The notes under the pieces: model-generated
The model's database searches: none
What the model saw: only the letters and a program-made list of their open reading frames with translations
Told to the model about the DNA's origin: nothing
Position numbers and translations under genes: made by a program
Assembly: GCF_902652985.1 (NCBI RefSeq)
Contig: NC_047024.1
Location: 39,370,001 to 39,434,000 of the forward strand
Direction of reading: 5' to 3'
Length of the DNA stretch: 64,000 nucleotides
From: Pecten maximus
Lineage: Eukaryota
Shown: positions 28,001-41,631 of the stretch, piece after piece
Numbering within the stretch: position 1 is the stretch's first letter
Layout of the letters: every line of letters begins with the position of its first letter

Positions 28001-31000
28001 CATTCTTTACTTGTTCAAGATTGATATGTGTAGCTTAATATAGAAATTCTCAGAGATATGTTATGACCAGACTAATTCGTATTTGTATTTTAATTTGAAG
28101 TTATAACATATACAGTGGATATTTTATTATTTTATGATCACTAGAATACGTAACGTTGATATGTTTTGAACTTTTAACATACATTACATGTACCCTGGTT
28201 TACTTATAGCTTTCTGTGTTTACCATTCAGACCTTTGATTCGTTATGAGTTACATGGATTCACATACCTGATGGAGGTTGTTGATTTAATTCTCCGGGAT
28301 GCGGATGCTCGGCAGTCTGGACTTACGGAACAGGAGGTGGACCTCTGTTGTGAAATCCTCAAAATTCTCTTCAACATCACAGTCCCGATTGATAAAAATG
28401 CTTTAGATGAGGTGAGAAAACCAGACTTTCATTGATGATTACCATAGAGATATCCATGAACAAGTGTTTCATGACTAATCAAATATCATTAAAACTTACA
28501 ACCTTTAAAGAGACAAATTTTAAGTATATGAAACAGTATAATGTGATATTGTTTTCTCTACAGGAAGAGGAAGCCCACTTTATGCGCCTGGTTAGTGTAC
28601 TGCGGGACCTGTTGATGAGTAGAACACAGAGCAAGGACCGTCAGGAAGAACTACAGAGGTAGACAAACCATCACATGTCTGCTCTCTCGTAAATTACAAT
28701 AGGGAATTTATCACATTTGACAATAAGTCCATGCTTGGTAATAACCCCACTATGTCTATAAAAGTTCAGTAATAATACTAACTAACGCTATTTTAATGTC
28801 CTTAATGAGCCCATCCCAAAGCTTTGAGTCACAGTTTATGTGTTGGACCCTATCATAATGGTTGTGACATTGGGAGATGCTACTTATTTAGAATAGATAG
28901 ATGTTCATGCACCGTAAAAAGAAGTCGGCTGTAAATTTGTGTTATTTTTCTTCTCACTTCCATTTCAGTTGGTCAATGTTTGTAATCTAATACTAAAACA
29001 TACTAATCTAACTTAAATTTGATCAATTTATACTGACTAGAATTGAACCTAAGATTTAAATTAGATTGAAAACACACAACTACATGAACAAGGATTTCAT
29101 GGTCATAAGGTTTCATTGGCCAGAAAAATGGCTTTTGTCAGTACTTTGAATAAATTGTTCATGTGAAGAATTTTGTAAAGTGATTACAAAAATCCCTATT
29201 TCAATCAGTTGTGCCTTTCAAAAGGAAATAATACATGTGAGTATCTGGTAATACATATGAGTACAAGGTAATACATATGAGTACCGGGTAATACATATGA
29301 GTACCAGGTAATACATATGGGTACCAGGTAATATGTTAAAGTACCAGGTAATACATATGAGTACCAGGTAATACATATGAGTACCGGGTAATACATATGA
29401 GTACTAGGTAATACATATGGGTACCAGGTAGTATATGAGTACCAGGTAATACATATGGGTACCAGGTAGTATATGGGTACCAGGTAATACATATGAGTAC
29501 CAGGTAATACATATAGGTACCAGGTAATACGTATGAGTACCAGGTAATACATATGAGTACCAGGTAATACATATGAGTACCAGGTAATACATATGAGTAC
29601 CAGGTAGTACATATGAGTACCAGGTAATACATATGAGTACCAGGTAGTACATATGAGTACCAGGTATTACATATGAGTACTAGGTAATATGTTAAAGTAC
29701 CAGGTAATACATATGAGTACTAGGTAATACATATGGGTACCAGGTAGTATATGAGTACCAGGTAATACATATGGGTACCAGGTAGTATATGGGTACCAGG
29801 TAATACATATGAGTACCAGGTAATACATATGAGTACCAGTAATACGTTATGAGTACCGGGTAATACATATGAGTACCGGGTAATACGTATGAGTACCAGG
29901 TAATACATATGAGTACCAGGTAATACGTATGAGTACTAGGTAATACATATGAGTACCGGGTAGTACATATGAGTACCAGGTAATACATATAGGTACCAGG
30001 TAATACGTATGAGTACCAGGTAATACATATGAGTACCAGGTAATACATATGAGTACTAGGTAATACGTATGAGTACCGGGTAATACGTATGAGTACAAGG
30101 TAATACGTATGAGTACCAGGTAATACGTATGAGTACCGGGTAATACATATGAGTACTAGGTAATACATATGAGTACCGGGTAGTACATATGAGTACCAGG
30201 TAATACATATAGGTACCAGGTAATACGTATGAGTACCAGGTAATACATATGAGTACTAGGTAATACGTATGAGTACCGGGTAATACGTATGAGTACAAGG
30301 TAAAATGTATGAGTACCAGGTAATACGTATGAGTACCGGGTAATACATATGAGTACCAGGATATACATATGAGTACCAGTAATACGTTATGAGTACCGGG
30401 TAATACATATGAGAACCGGGTAATACGTATGAGTACTGGGTAATACATATGAGTACCGGGTAATACGTATGAGTACCAGGTAATACATATGAGTACCAGG
30501 TAATACGTATGAGTACCAGGTGGTACATATGAGTACCAGGTAATACATATGAGTACCAGGTAATACATATGAGTACCAGGTAGTACATATGAGTACCAGG
30601 TAATACATATGGGTACCAGGTAATACGTATGAGTACCAGGTATTACATATGGGTACCAGGTAATACATATGAGTACCAGGTAATACATATGAGTACCAGG
30701 TAATACGTTTGAGTACCAGGTAATATGTATGAGAACCTGATAATACTAGTTCTTTATGTTGTCATATCTTTAATTGTATGTAATGCAGACAAATTTCATG
30801 TTATTGTCTATCAACGCTGCATTAAAACAAGATACAATATGATCCAGAGCGAAGACTACAGAAATAAATGTGATGTCTTTCTTTCTTAGTCACACAGTGA
30901 ACCTACTTACAAACATCCCACGGGACTGTTATGAGGAGCTGCTTATTCCTCTCAACGAGATCGATGTTGGTGGTATGGAGAATAAAGATGTCGAGTTTGA

Positions 31001-34000
31001 CGGGAAAAACATGGAGGCAGTTATTGTTCTTCTTGACTTCCTCTACAACAGGCTAGACGTGGTAGTAATTTTTAAAACAGAGCTTTTTCTAGTCATTTTC
31101 TGTACTCATGTTCCTCTACAACAGGCTAGACATTGTACTTAAAACAAGAGCTTTTTCTAGTCATTTTCTGTACTCGTGTTCCTCTAGTTGTTCTCTACAA
31201 CAGGTTAGATGTGGTAGTAACATTGTTCTCTACAACAGGTTAGATGTGGTAGTAACATTGTTCTCTACAACAGGTTAGATGTGGTAGTAACATTGTTCTC
31301 TACAACAGGTTAGATGTGGTAGTAACATTGTTCTCTACAACAGGTTAGATGTGGTAGTAACATTTAAAAAAGATTTAATTCTCTAGTCATTTTCTGTACT
31401 CTTTTGTTCATCTTGCCTTCCTCTACAATATGCTAGACTTGGTAATACTACTTAATATGTTGTCTTTACTCCCATTGTCTTCCTCACCAAGAAGCTGAAT
31501 GTGGTATACTATCTAGGTTTTATGTTCTAGAATCAAGTAGGCATAAAATGTACAAACCAGTAACTCAACGTAATTAGGGATATTCCAGCAAAATATCAGT
31601 ATCTACCCAACAGGATCACTAGGGTTTATCAGACAAGAACCACCAAAAGAAGTGATTTAATAAAACAGTATCATAATTATAAGACATATCATTTTCTCCT
31701 GCATCAACCTAGAATTTCTTTATTTCCTTCCCGGAGATATTTATTTTTACTTGAATAACTGACCAGATATACTTTCCTCGGATAGCCCCAACTAAATTTG
31801 TTCAGATGTAGTGTCATCTTAACAGATTAAAATTCAGATAAATAGCTAATATATGTAATAGTAATACTATATGTAATGATTAGTAATCATCTAGATTCTT
31901 TAGGTCTTTACTTTTAGCCTGATGTGTATATAAACTTAAGTGTTTTCCTTTGTGCATTTAGTTATTTTGTGTTTTAGCCAATGAAGTCTCTGAAGGAAAG
32001 TCTCGCTCCCATTCTTCACTGCCTGTGTGAGACCTGTAGGGCTAACAGAGCTATCCGCAAGTTCTGTCGCTCTAAGGTAAGTAGAAATTGTGATGTTGAA
32101 GTGTGAGTTTAGTAGCCAATACTGTTCTAGTATACCACAATGTATTGTCCTTAGGTACCCATTTCATTAGCGGCCATGATAACTCAGTGTGTTAAAGTGG
32201 CGTCACCTAACCTCAGGTGAAGATCCAAGGTGCATGGTTCGACAATCCTACCTGTGTTGGTTTGTGTTTCTTGGGAAGCTGAAAAACGGGCTGGTCTTTA
32301 CTGCGTGGTCATCTTTACCCCACTGCTCTGGACAAACTAACCAATCCATGTGCTGACGTCTTGTGTTAAGCTTTTCCTGCCTGCAAACCAACTAGAATTC
32401 TTGCCATCTAGCACATGGCATGATTTGATACACATAAACAGGACATTTTCAAGTTGCCCGGCTCTGTTGCTGCTGTCATCTGACCAGACCAACACAACAG
32501 GATTATACCTATATTGTACTTTGTAGTCCCAGCATGTAATATCGAGGTCACTGGGGGAAAAGAACATTGAAAACCACATTATTTTATTTGTTGGTTGATT
32601 TAAATTTTACCATTTTTTTTTTTTTTTTTTTTATTTAAGGTGTTGCCACCCTTGAAGGATGAGGTGAAGAAATTACCAGAAGATGGAGATACACTTAGAA
32701 ACAGGTGAGTTGTCTCCCCTTCCTCACTTTCACACCATGATCACATTTGTCATGATCCAACAGATAATAACAGATAAACACACAGATAATTCTGGAATAA
32801 CCCTGATTGAATGTAATAAGTGTAGTCATAAAGAAATGTAGTGATTACAGTGAAATTTGCTCTAAATGCTGTCACTGACTGTGTATATTAAAAATCCTTA
32901 TATATATTAATAACACAATGTGAATTTGTGTATATTTATATGGATTATATAATTAATGTATTTTATATAGATGATGTGATTAATGCATATTTATATAAAT
33001 TATGTATATTTGATTAGATTTATAATTCATGTATATTTATATAAATTATGTTAATTGTTTTTTTTGTATAGATTATGTAATTCATATATATTTATATAGA
33101 TTATATACTTTGTGTATAGTTATATAAATTATGTAGTTTATGTTTATTTATTTAGATTTATAATTCATGTATACATTGTATTTACAGTCAAACCTGCTCT
33201 AACGACCCCCTGTATATAATGACTGCCTGTCTATAACGTCCGGTTTTAAGATTCCCCGTGAGATTTTACTATATAACGACCCTCTGTATAGCGACTACCT
33301 GTCTAATGTGACTAACGACCGGTGATTTTGGAACGGCGGTCGCTAATTTGTTTTCTATAGCGACCGATTTCTGTCAGCCATCTTCTGCTCTCGGCAGTCA
33401 TCCCTCATAAAATCCCCGGAAAATTCAGACACATCGACCCTGGACTGATTATACAAACAAAGGACCACCACAACCCTGGCCTGATTATATAAACAAAAGA
33501 CCCCTACCACCTGTTAGCCTATAATTACTGTAGCTGCCCTGGCCTGGGGCTCGGTGAGAGAGGAGTCGGGTCACCATGCATGTCAGTATTTACATTACAA
33601 CTGTGCATAGGTGGCTTCCTTTGACACGGTCAGTTAATTTTGTGATTACAACTAGGATACATCACTTCAATAACAAACACTGGTCATATCTGTCAACAAG
33701 ATTTACTCACATGAAAGCCAATAATGCCTTTCTTAATCGTAGCTGTCGGTACTAGCGTTTGTACTGCCGCCATCTTTAATTAGTCAATACTAATAAAAAG
33801 TCGTAAACTGCCACAAATATCCGGATTTCAATTTGGGTAAAAAAAAAATCTTTTGGTTTTAGAAGTTAGACTATATGTCACAAAATAATTAGTAGTAACA
33901 CAAATATAATTGATTAATTAATTATTGTGTGATATTTTTCTTTATTTAAGAAAGAAAGAAAGGGAGACAATTTGATAGATACATATAGCATTATTTCAGA

Positions 34001-36304
34001 ACAAAATATTAAAAAAAAAAAAAGTAAGACCAATTTGAGTTATGTTTTGTCTTTGGGTCCACAAAATCATTAAAAATTAAACCCTTCAGATTTATAAAGT
34101 TTATGCATTTATTTGACTTCTGACTGGTCTTCTGAATGCCCTGTTCAATGACATGTTATGTATGGCAGTTTCATGTTAATTGGTTGGTGCGATAATTTTG
34201 ACCTGTCTATAAAGGCAACCTGTCTATATTGACCGTTTTTCTGTCTCCCCTTGGGTGGTCGTTATAGACAGGTTTGACTGTATATAAATTATGTAATTTG
34301 TATATATTTATATAAATTATGTGATTAATGTATATTTATATAAATTATGTAATTTGTGTATATTTATTTAGGTTTATAATTCGTTTATATTTATATAAAT
34401 TATATAACTTGTATATATTGATATAGATTGTGTAAGCTGCTAACATCACCGATCACAGATGTCAAGGACTTGGCTGCAGATTTCTTGTTTGTTTTGTGTA
34501 AAGAGAGTGGTAAGGATATTTTTGATATGAATACAGAATTGTTGAACCTTAAAGATAATGATGCAGTGCATATGCTAATTAATTAGTGAAGTACCATATT
34601 AACTTAAGAATGGTTTCTTTTGCTAAATAGATGGATATATTGTAAGTGTTTCATATAATAATTTCTCATAATTTGTCCAAAATAAACCTCCAGTAATTCA
34701 AGAATATTATGATGGGTATATAGCACACAATTTTACACATTTCTGTGATGGCTCAATCAAGACTAATGGTCCTCAGGGGAAAATACGGCGGTTTATGTTT
34801 CTGATGGAGCTGAGATCATATAATGTCTTGGTTGTTGTGATTGTGTTCATTGGCAAGAGATTTTACCCTATTCACCCTGGATAGTATGCAGCAAACCCAA
34901 AAACCCCAGCCCCCTTTGTTCATTAGTGATGTAGCCACCAGCTACTACAAGAAAATTGCACCTCAAAACTAACTTTGATCACTGTATATCACATCAATGT
35001 CGCTTAATGAAATATAAATACCTTTGGTATTGTTCTGTCTGTCTAATGAATGACTGTCTTGACCCACAGTTAACAGAATGGTGAAGTACACAGGCTATGG
35101 GAACAGTGCTGGCCTCTTAGCCAACAGGGGTCTTCTGCTCGGAGGAAAGTCAGGGGGAGACTACTCCAGCAACTCAGATGACTCGGACACTGAAGAGTAT
35201 AGCCAATTGCGAGACATGTAAATTCATAGTTTCTAATATTAACTGTAAAAGATTAATTGAATAGATAAAAACAACTTACACTTGTCATTACCTGGGGTAT
35301 GCCAAACTCTATATGAAGAAACCTGTTTAAGAAAACTTTGAACTAGAAAATTGTTCCATATGTTCAGAAGACAGTTTTTACTGTAGTTTAAGTTTGTTTT
35401 TTTTTATAAGTCAACAAATCTTTGTTTTTATTTGATTTATTTATATATATGGATGTCGACTAAGATGCCTAATTAGGCTTTTGTATCTAAACAAATTGGT
35501 TTACACAAAAGTTCAATATTGTTTAACGGATAAGAAAATTTAAGATATCTTTTTAACTGGCAGTAACTGACAAAGTTGTACTTGTTGTAGGGTTAATCCT
35601 GTAACAGGCAGATGGGAGGAGGATAAACCAGATCCTTTCGAGGGAATGAGTGAGGAACAAAAGGAGTTTGAAGCCATGAAACTAGTCAACATGATGCACA
35701 AACTCCAGTGGTGTGTACCTACATCTGTAATACATAGGGCCTTGTATAAAAGGTCTTTCATAGGTTCCATGTCATAAAAAAATTCATTTTACCATGTCTA
35801 AAATGTAAAATGAAAACATTTGTGTTTACTATACCTCATATGAATCACCTAACTAATATTTTGTTGCAAACATTCATGACAACAGCATTGTATCAGACAG
35901 ATTGAAATTTTAAATGATGCTAATCTTACCCCATTACTCTTTCAATGATTACATCACAATACATACCTATGATGTCAAGAAGTTATTATAACGCATTTGA
36001 AACAATTGGCATCTTTGACCAATCACTTCTCCGCTACATGTTATATTGTTTTAAAGTTTTTTTGGGTGATTTCCAACATAATATAAACCATTTTAAGATG
36101 TTTAATGTAAAACAAATATGCATTTAGATTTGCAAATCTTGATATTCTGCAAAATTTTCTGTTATCATCTACAGCCAAGGGATCATCCAGCCGAGTCGTG
36201 TTGACGAGTCTGGACGTCCTCAGCCTGTCGAACATGTCCTGGAACTGATGGAGAACATGACCAACCCAAGTGGAGCGACCGGGGATCAGGAAGATTTGGA
36301 TTAG
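16042..36304 (+). CDS. RIC8: Synembryn / Ric-8 (G-alpha GEF and chaperone), 15 exons, 548 aa
   Basis: Exons 16042-16128, 24285-24332, 25990-26209, 26659-26728, 27148-27223, 27558-27610, 28231-28411, 28564-28658, 30890-31061, 31978-32076, 32640-32704, 34427-34509, 35070-35217, 35591-35710, 36175-36304 total 1647 nt, all GT-AG with consistent phases. Motifs: [94 protein letters not shown]. Confidence 0.96.
18889..22838 (+). mobile_element. Full-length hAT DNA transposon (5-bp TSD, hAT5-like) in RIC8 intron 1
   Basis: Perfect 14-bp TIRs CAGGGACTTTCCTG (18889-18902) and CAGGAAAGTCCCTG (22825-22838). TSD AGTTG at 18884-18888 and 22839-22843. Subterminal ttcccaat repeats at both ends. Encodes a transposase. 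Confidence 0.93.
19140..22657 (+). CDS. hAT transposase (ZNF862/ZMYM1-like DDE), 4 exons, 851 aa
   Basis: Exons 19140-20367, 20678-21504, 21808-21956, 22306-22657 (2556 nt, open). TTF-type Zn finger (YPWL..YLCKLC..H..H), [25 protein letters not shown] (CxxH), TTRWLS and the C-terminal dimerisation motif [12 protein letters not shown]. Confidence 0.92.
24637..25867. repeat. 30-bp minisatellite, about 41 copies
   Basis: Unit agtataggagttaactcttagttagggagg with variants, in RIC8 intron 2. Confidence 0.95.
29229..30745. repeat. 20-bp minisatellite, about 75 copies
   Basis: Unit gagtaccaggtaatacatat in RIC8 intron 8. It produces the spurious minus-strand ORFs in this region. Confidence 0.95.
31038..31510. 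repeat. Tandem copies of the RIC8 exon 9 end and donor (35-bp units plus longer diverged units)
   Basis: ttctctacaacaggttagatgtggtagtaacattg x4-5 matches the exon end CTCTACAACAGGCTAGACGTG|gtagtaa. Confidence 0.88.
32920..34430. repeat. AT-rich ~29-bp degenerate repeat abutting the RIC8 exon 12 acceptor, split by a MITE
   Basis: tatatttatatagattatgtaatt-type units at 32920-33180 and 34281-34426. The last unit contains the real acceptor atatag|ATTGTGTAAG. Confidence 0.7.
33185..34280. mobile_element. Tc1/mariner-pogo-type non-autonomous element
   Basis: TIRs cagtcaaacctgctctaacgacc ... ggtcgttatagacaggtttgactg with TA on both flanks, and subterminal cctgtctata repeats. Confidence 0.85.
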
Positions 36305-37667
36305 GGGCCTCCCACAGGGTACCTGATGTAAGAGGCCTGTGACGGCCTGTTTTATCATCTGCTCCTATCAGACAGATTGGAGGTATATTTCCACATATAC
36401 CAAGGTCTCAATCTTGCCAATTTTGGTGTGTTGGGTTTGAAGCTGGAATTCAGAACCTGATGACGTATTTACGCCATAATTCATGGCAAGGAAAGTATTA
36501 TCTGAAATTGTGACTACGCAGTCTGGCAGATAGACGGTGTCAGTAGACATGTTGTTTATGAACCTACAATGGCGACGGAATCAACTTTGTGTGAGAAGTA
36601 TTATATAGTCTACTTTGTGTTGTCTTTAGATCTGATCAAATGGCCTGAAGTAATCTGGCATTATTTATCTCACAAGCATCATAAAGCTGCAAATTCATAT
36701 TTCTGCTCTGCTAAATTCCTGATGTGTGTTTTACTGTGAACAGGGGTTCTATATGATAGAACTTTACATTTAGAAAAAAATATTTCCTGGAAAGTATGAA
36801 CAGTTTATTAAAATTAGTAAACATTGATTTTTCTCTTTTTTTTTTGATAATGTATGTTTGATTGCGAAAAAAAATCAGAAAAATCACCATATGTGATTAA
36901 TGTGACTTTCTTATTTTGAAATTTTCATTGAATAATGCGTATACATCTTTATTTATCAATAGGAATATTTTTCCGGTGGTATCAGATTAAAAGTACTATT
37001 TTGATTTTGCAAGATTTCAGACTCCATTTAGTTTTTGAGAACCACAAATCTCCAACAGAAGTAAAGGATGAAAATCACTTTTAAGACGCTAAGTAGAAAA
37101 TAAATGGTTTGTGTAAATGTAATCTAACAACATCAAGGTGATGGTCAAGGTCATGTAAGAAATCAAGGTCACTTAATGTGAAACAGAATGTCAAGGTTAC
37201 ATAGTAAAATGTCACACCAACATAAGTGTATAATGTGAGGCGAGATAGTGAGAGGAGAAACCTGAGGAGTACTGCCTGATGTGTATTGTATTGGTGATCA
37301 GGATACACTCATGCTGGCAGTGTTCATACAGTGGAGGGCCCACCTCTTAGAGGTATTTTTATCACAAAAGTATTTTTGATAAGGAATGTGAAACTGCCAA
37401 TTTCTTTCTTAAGGTCTTAATTAAGGCTGTTCTATTTTGAAGAACAATTGTTGAACTTTTATAAAATGTTGACTTCTTGTATTGTGTTTATTGTTTTGCT
37501 GTGTTCATACAGACCAGCAAACATTTATAAATTATTACAAGTCAGACAATTGTATTAAATCAATCATAAAGTTTTCAATATTTTGTCTTTTGTTTCAATG
37601 AAGGATATCAACTTTTGTCTTAATGAAGTGGCATGTATGATATGGTAATTCTGGATGATGTGATATA

Positions 37668-37875
37668 ATAATACTAGATCATGTGATATTGTAATACTAG
37701 ATTGTGTGATATTGTAATACTAGATCATGTGATATTGTAAAACTAGATCATGTGATATTGTAATACTAGATCATGTGATATTGTATTAATAGATCATGTG
37801 AAATTGTGTTATACTAGATCATGTGATATTGAACTACAAGATCATGTGATATTGTAATACTAGATCATGTGATAT
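37668..37875. repeat. 23-bp tandem repeat, about 9 copies
   Basis: Unit gtaatactagatcatgtgatatt. Confidence 0.9.
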
Positions 37876-38093
37876 ATATTGTTGTACAAGGTGAGGAATT
37901 TACCAAAGACACACATGGAATGGAATTTGAATAATACAATTAGATCTATTGGCTACATGTATTTCAATAAGTAATCTTACAACCAAGCAGACTATTTCAA
38001 TACTTGTGTACATCAGACTACTAACAGACATGGGTATACTGTTTGTGTTTGCACAAAGAACATTACTGAAGTGAGATGTGTGTAGGCCAGGGA

Positions 38094-39710
38094 CAGTATT
38101 GTAGTAAGACCTGTGTGTAGTAACGGTACTGTAGTAAGACCTGTGTGTAGTAACGGTACTGTCGTAAGACCTGCGTAGTAACAGTACTGTAGTAAGACCT
38201 GTGTGTAGTAACGGTACTGTCGTAAGACCTGCGTAGTAACAGTACCGTAGTAAGACCTGTGTGTAGTAACGGTACTGTCGTAAGACCTGCGTAGTAACAG
38301 TACCGTAGTAAGACCTGTGTGTAGTAACGGTACTGTCGTAAGACCTGCGTAGTAACAGTATTGTAGTAAGACCTGTGTACTAATGTACTAACGGTACTGT
38401 AGTAAGACCTGTGTGTAGTAACGGTACTGTAGTAAGACCTGTGTAGTAACGGTACTGTAGTAAGACCTGTGTGTACTAACGGTACTGTAGTAAGACCTGT
38501 GTGTAGTAACAGTACTGTAGTAAGACCTGTGTGTAGTAACGGTACTGTAGTAAGACCTGTGTGTAACGGTACTGTATTAAGACCTGTGTGTAGTAAGACC
38601 TGTGTGTAGTAGCGGTACTGTAGTAAGACCTGTGTGTTGTAACGGTACTGTAGTAAGACCTGTGTAGTAACGGTACTGTATTAAGACCTGTGTGTAGTAA
38701 CGGTACTGTAGTAAGACCTGTGTGTAGTAACGGTACTGTAGTATAAGACCTGTGTAGTAACAGTACTGTAGTAAGACCTGTGTGTACTAACGGTACTGTA
38801 GTAAGACCTGTGTGTAGTAAGACCTGTGTGTAGCAACGGTACCGTAGTAAGACCTGTGTAGTAACGGTACTGTAGTATAAGACCTGTGTAGTAACAGTAC
38901 TGTAGCAAGACCTGTGTGTACTAACGGTACTGTAGTAAGACCTGTGTGTACTAACGGTACTGTAGTAAGACCTGTGTGTAGTAACGGTACTGTAGTAAGA
39001 CCTGTGTGTAGTGAAGGTACTGTAGTTAGACCTGTGTGTAGTGAAGGTACTGTAGTTAGACCTGTGAAGTAACAGTACTGTAGTAAGACATATGTGTACT
39101 AATGGTACTGTAGTAAGACCTGTGTGTAGTAAGACCTGTGTGTAGTAACGGTACTGTAGTAAGACCTGTGTAGTAACGGTACTGTAGTAAGGCCTGTGTG
39201 TAGTAACGGTACTGTAGTAAGACCTGTGTAGTAACGGTACTGTAGTAAGACCTGTGTGTAGTAACGGTACTGTAGTAAGACCTGTGAGTAGTAACGGTAC
39301 TGTAGCAAGACCTGTGTGTAGTAAGACCTGTATGTAGTAAGACCTGTGTGTAGTAACGGTACTGTAGTAAGACCTGTGTGTAGTAACGGTACTGTAGTAA
39401 GACCTGTGTGTAGTAACGGTACTGTAGTAAGACCTGTGTGTAGTAACAGTACTCAATGGACAATGGTTACGACCTGTGTGTACTAACGGTACTGTAGTAA
39501 GACCTGTGTATAGTAACGGTACTGTAGTAAGACCTGTGTGTAGTAACGGTACTGTAGTAAGACCTGTGTAGTAACGGTACTGTAGTAAGACCTGTGTGTA
39601 GTAACGGTACTGTAGTGAGACCTGTGTGTAGTAACGGTACTGTAGTAAGACCTGCGTGTAGTAACGGTACTGTAGTAAGACCTGTGTGTAGTAACGGTAC
39701 TGTAGTAAGA
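38094..39710. repeat. 30-bp minisatellite, about 55 copies
   Basis: Unit gtagtaagacctgtgtgtagtaacggtact with 28-bp and 16-bp variants. Confidence 0.95.
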
Positions 39711-40305
39711 TTTGAGTGCTGTCCATTTAAGGTATAGTTGATGAGATGCCAACAGAGAGCCATTGTGCAGGAACTGTGTATGTAGACTGAAGTTCATATC
39801 TTGTATTTAGAAAGGCAATGACAAAGACCTGTCATATTAACTTTACCATGGCGATGAATCTCAATAAATTAGGCATATTAATGTTCAAATCATATGCTTA
39901 TATTGTAAGTGTTCAAAACATATAGAAATTATAAAAAATATGTGTACCTCCCTTCTCCCAAGTCCTTTCATTGTTTATGTTTGTAAATGGTTGGAAATTA
40001 AAGTAGCTGTAAATGTTTCTTTGTAGGATCCTACAGATATGTACAGATAGCTATGGAAATCATTTTTCAAATTGTAGTCTGGGTGAGAGCGATAACAATG
40101 AAGTGTCAGATTACAGAGGTATGGGAGATTGTCTGATTACACAGGTTCTATATAGTTATGTAGTGATCGTGTTGATGATCATTTCAATGGTTAACAAAGT
40201 GTATTATAGATTTGTAGCGTATATTGCTACACATTTACCTACAGACTGATGTGAATGCCAACGTCTCACAGATGCTATATCCACAACAGACTTTCAGAGT
40301 ATTAC

Positions 40306-40430
40306 CTGTTGCTATGACTACTGACTGTTGCTATGACTACTGACTGTTGCTATGACTACTGACTGTTGCTATGACTACTGACTGTTGCTATGACTACTGA
40401 CTGTTGCTATGACTACTGACTGTTGCTATG
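40306..40430. repeat. 19-bp perfect tandem repeat, about 6.5 copies
   Basis: Unit ctgttgctatgactactga. Confidence 0.92.
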
Positions 40431-40615
40431 GCTGCTCTGTGCTATGATGACATGCTATTTCTACAGACTGTGTTTGCTATAAAACCTATTATACTGTGTC
40501 GTACTGACAATATAATGAAGATATTGATGTTGCTATCATTTTATGTTGTCACAGTGATTACCTACGTATCTCTCAAGTTTCTGTGAGCTTGTTTTGCCTG
40601 TTAAATTCTAGATTA

Positions 40616-41631
40616 CAGTGCAACTTCCGAAAACCGAACCTTCTAAAAACCGAACACCTCTGAATACCGAACGAATTGACATTGTACGGAATTGGTCCTT
40701 CTTTATTATAGTATTAAAAAACTTCCAAATACCGATCCCTCTGAATTCCGAACACCGGACCGATTTTGCGTCCGGTTCCTGTTAAAATATACCAAAAATT
40801 ACTTCTGAAAACCGGCCTTACCTGAGCGATTATGACACGAGGTCAGGCCAGTCAACCGTGAAACAACAACTGTGACGGGTATTGTGTGAAGCCTTATTGT
40901 CTCGGTACCTATGTAGGTGATTTGTACAGGTATCCAATATATATCCCAAGGGGACATTATGACGGATGGCCCAGTGTATAATCAACACGATAATTATGAA
41001 ACAATGTCACACTTCATTGAAGCGAGTCAGTTCGTTTATCTTCTCAATGCAAGTAGAGCTAGAAGCCTGAGTTTCGCATTTAATTTAAATGAGGCCCAAA
41101 GGGGGTTGTTTTCGTAAAAGAAGCCACTGATGTTTTTTTTAGACAACAGCGATGTCGGAAATACGACCAGTATCAACTGATCAATTGTAATTGATATTGA
41201 AACAAAACATCTTCACACCCTTTAATATTAGTCGATATGTAAAATATTCCGTATTGGACTATCGGCCCCATCCACATGACGGAAGCTTCACCGGATGTAA
41301 CAAAATGTAGGTCGATCGTAAAGTGTAGTTGTACATGTGAAAAAACTGTTTAAAACTATAGTTAAAGTCATTTGCCTTTCTTATATATTCTGCAATATAT
41401 ACATGTACATTGATTAACTTTCATAATATGCATATTATTCAGACAAACCAAATATTGTCTACGTGTGTATGCGCCGGTTTGTAATCGGGTGCATTCTAAT
41501 AAAAAATCTTCCGACCAATTATATCCGGAATTCGACCGGTCATTTTTCGATCAACTTCTCCAAACCGAACCCTCTGTAAACCGAACAAATAGTCATGTCC
41601 CATGCATGTTCGGTTTATAGAGGTTCCACTG
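40616..41631. mobile_element. pogo/Tigger-like non-autonomous element
   Basis: Imperfect TIRs cagtgcaacttccgaaaaccgaac ... gttcggtttatagaggttccactg with TA flanks, and subterminal aaccgaac repeats at both ends. Confidence 0.8.

Noticed and set aside
29205-30688. Many Tyr-rich minus-strand ORFs ([20 protein letters not shown])n
   Set aside because: They are translations of a 20-bp minisatellite inside a RIC8 intron.
38476-39797. 416-aa and overlapping repetitive ORFs
   Set aside because: They are read-through of a 30-bp satellite with frame-switching units and no non-repetitive domain.
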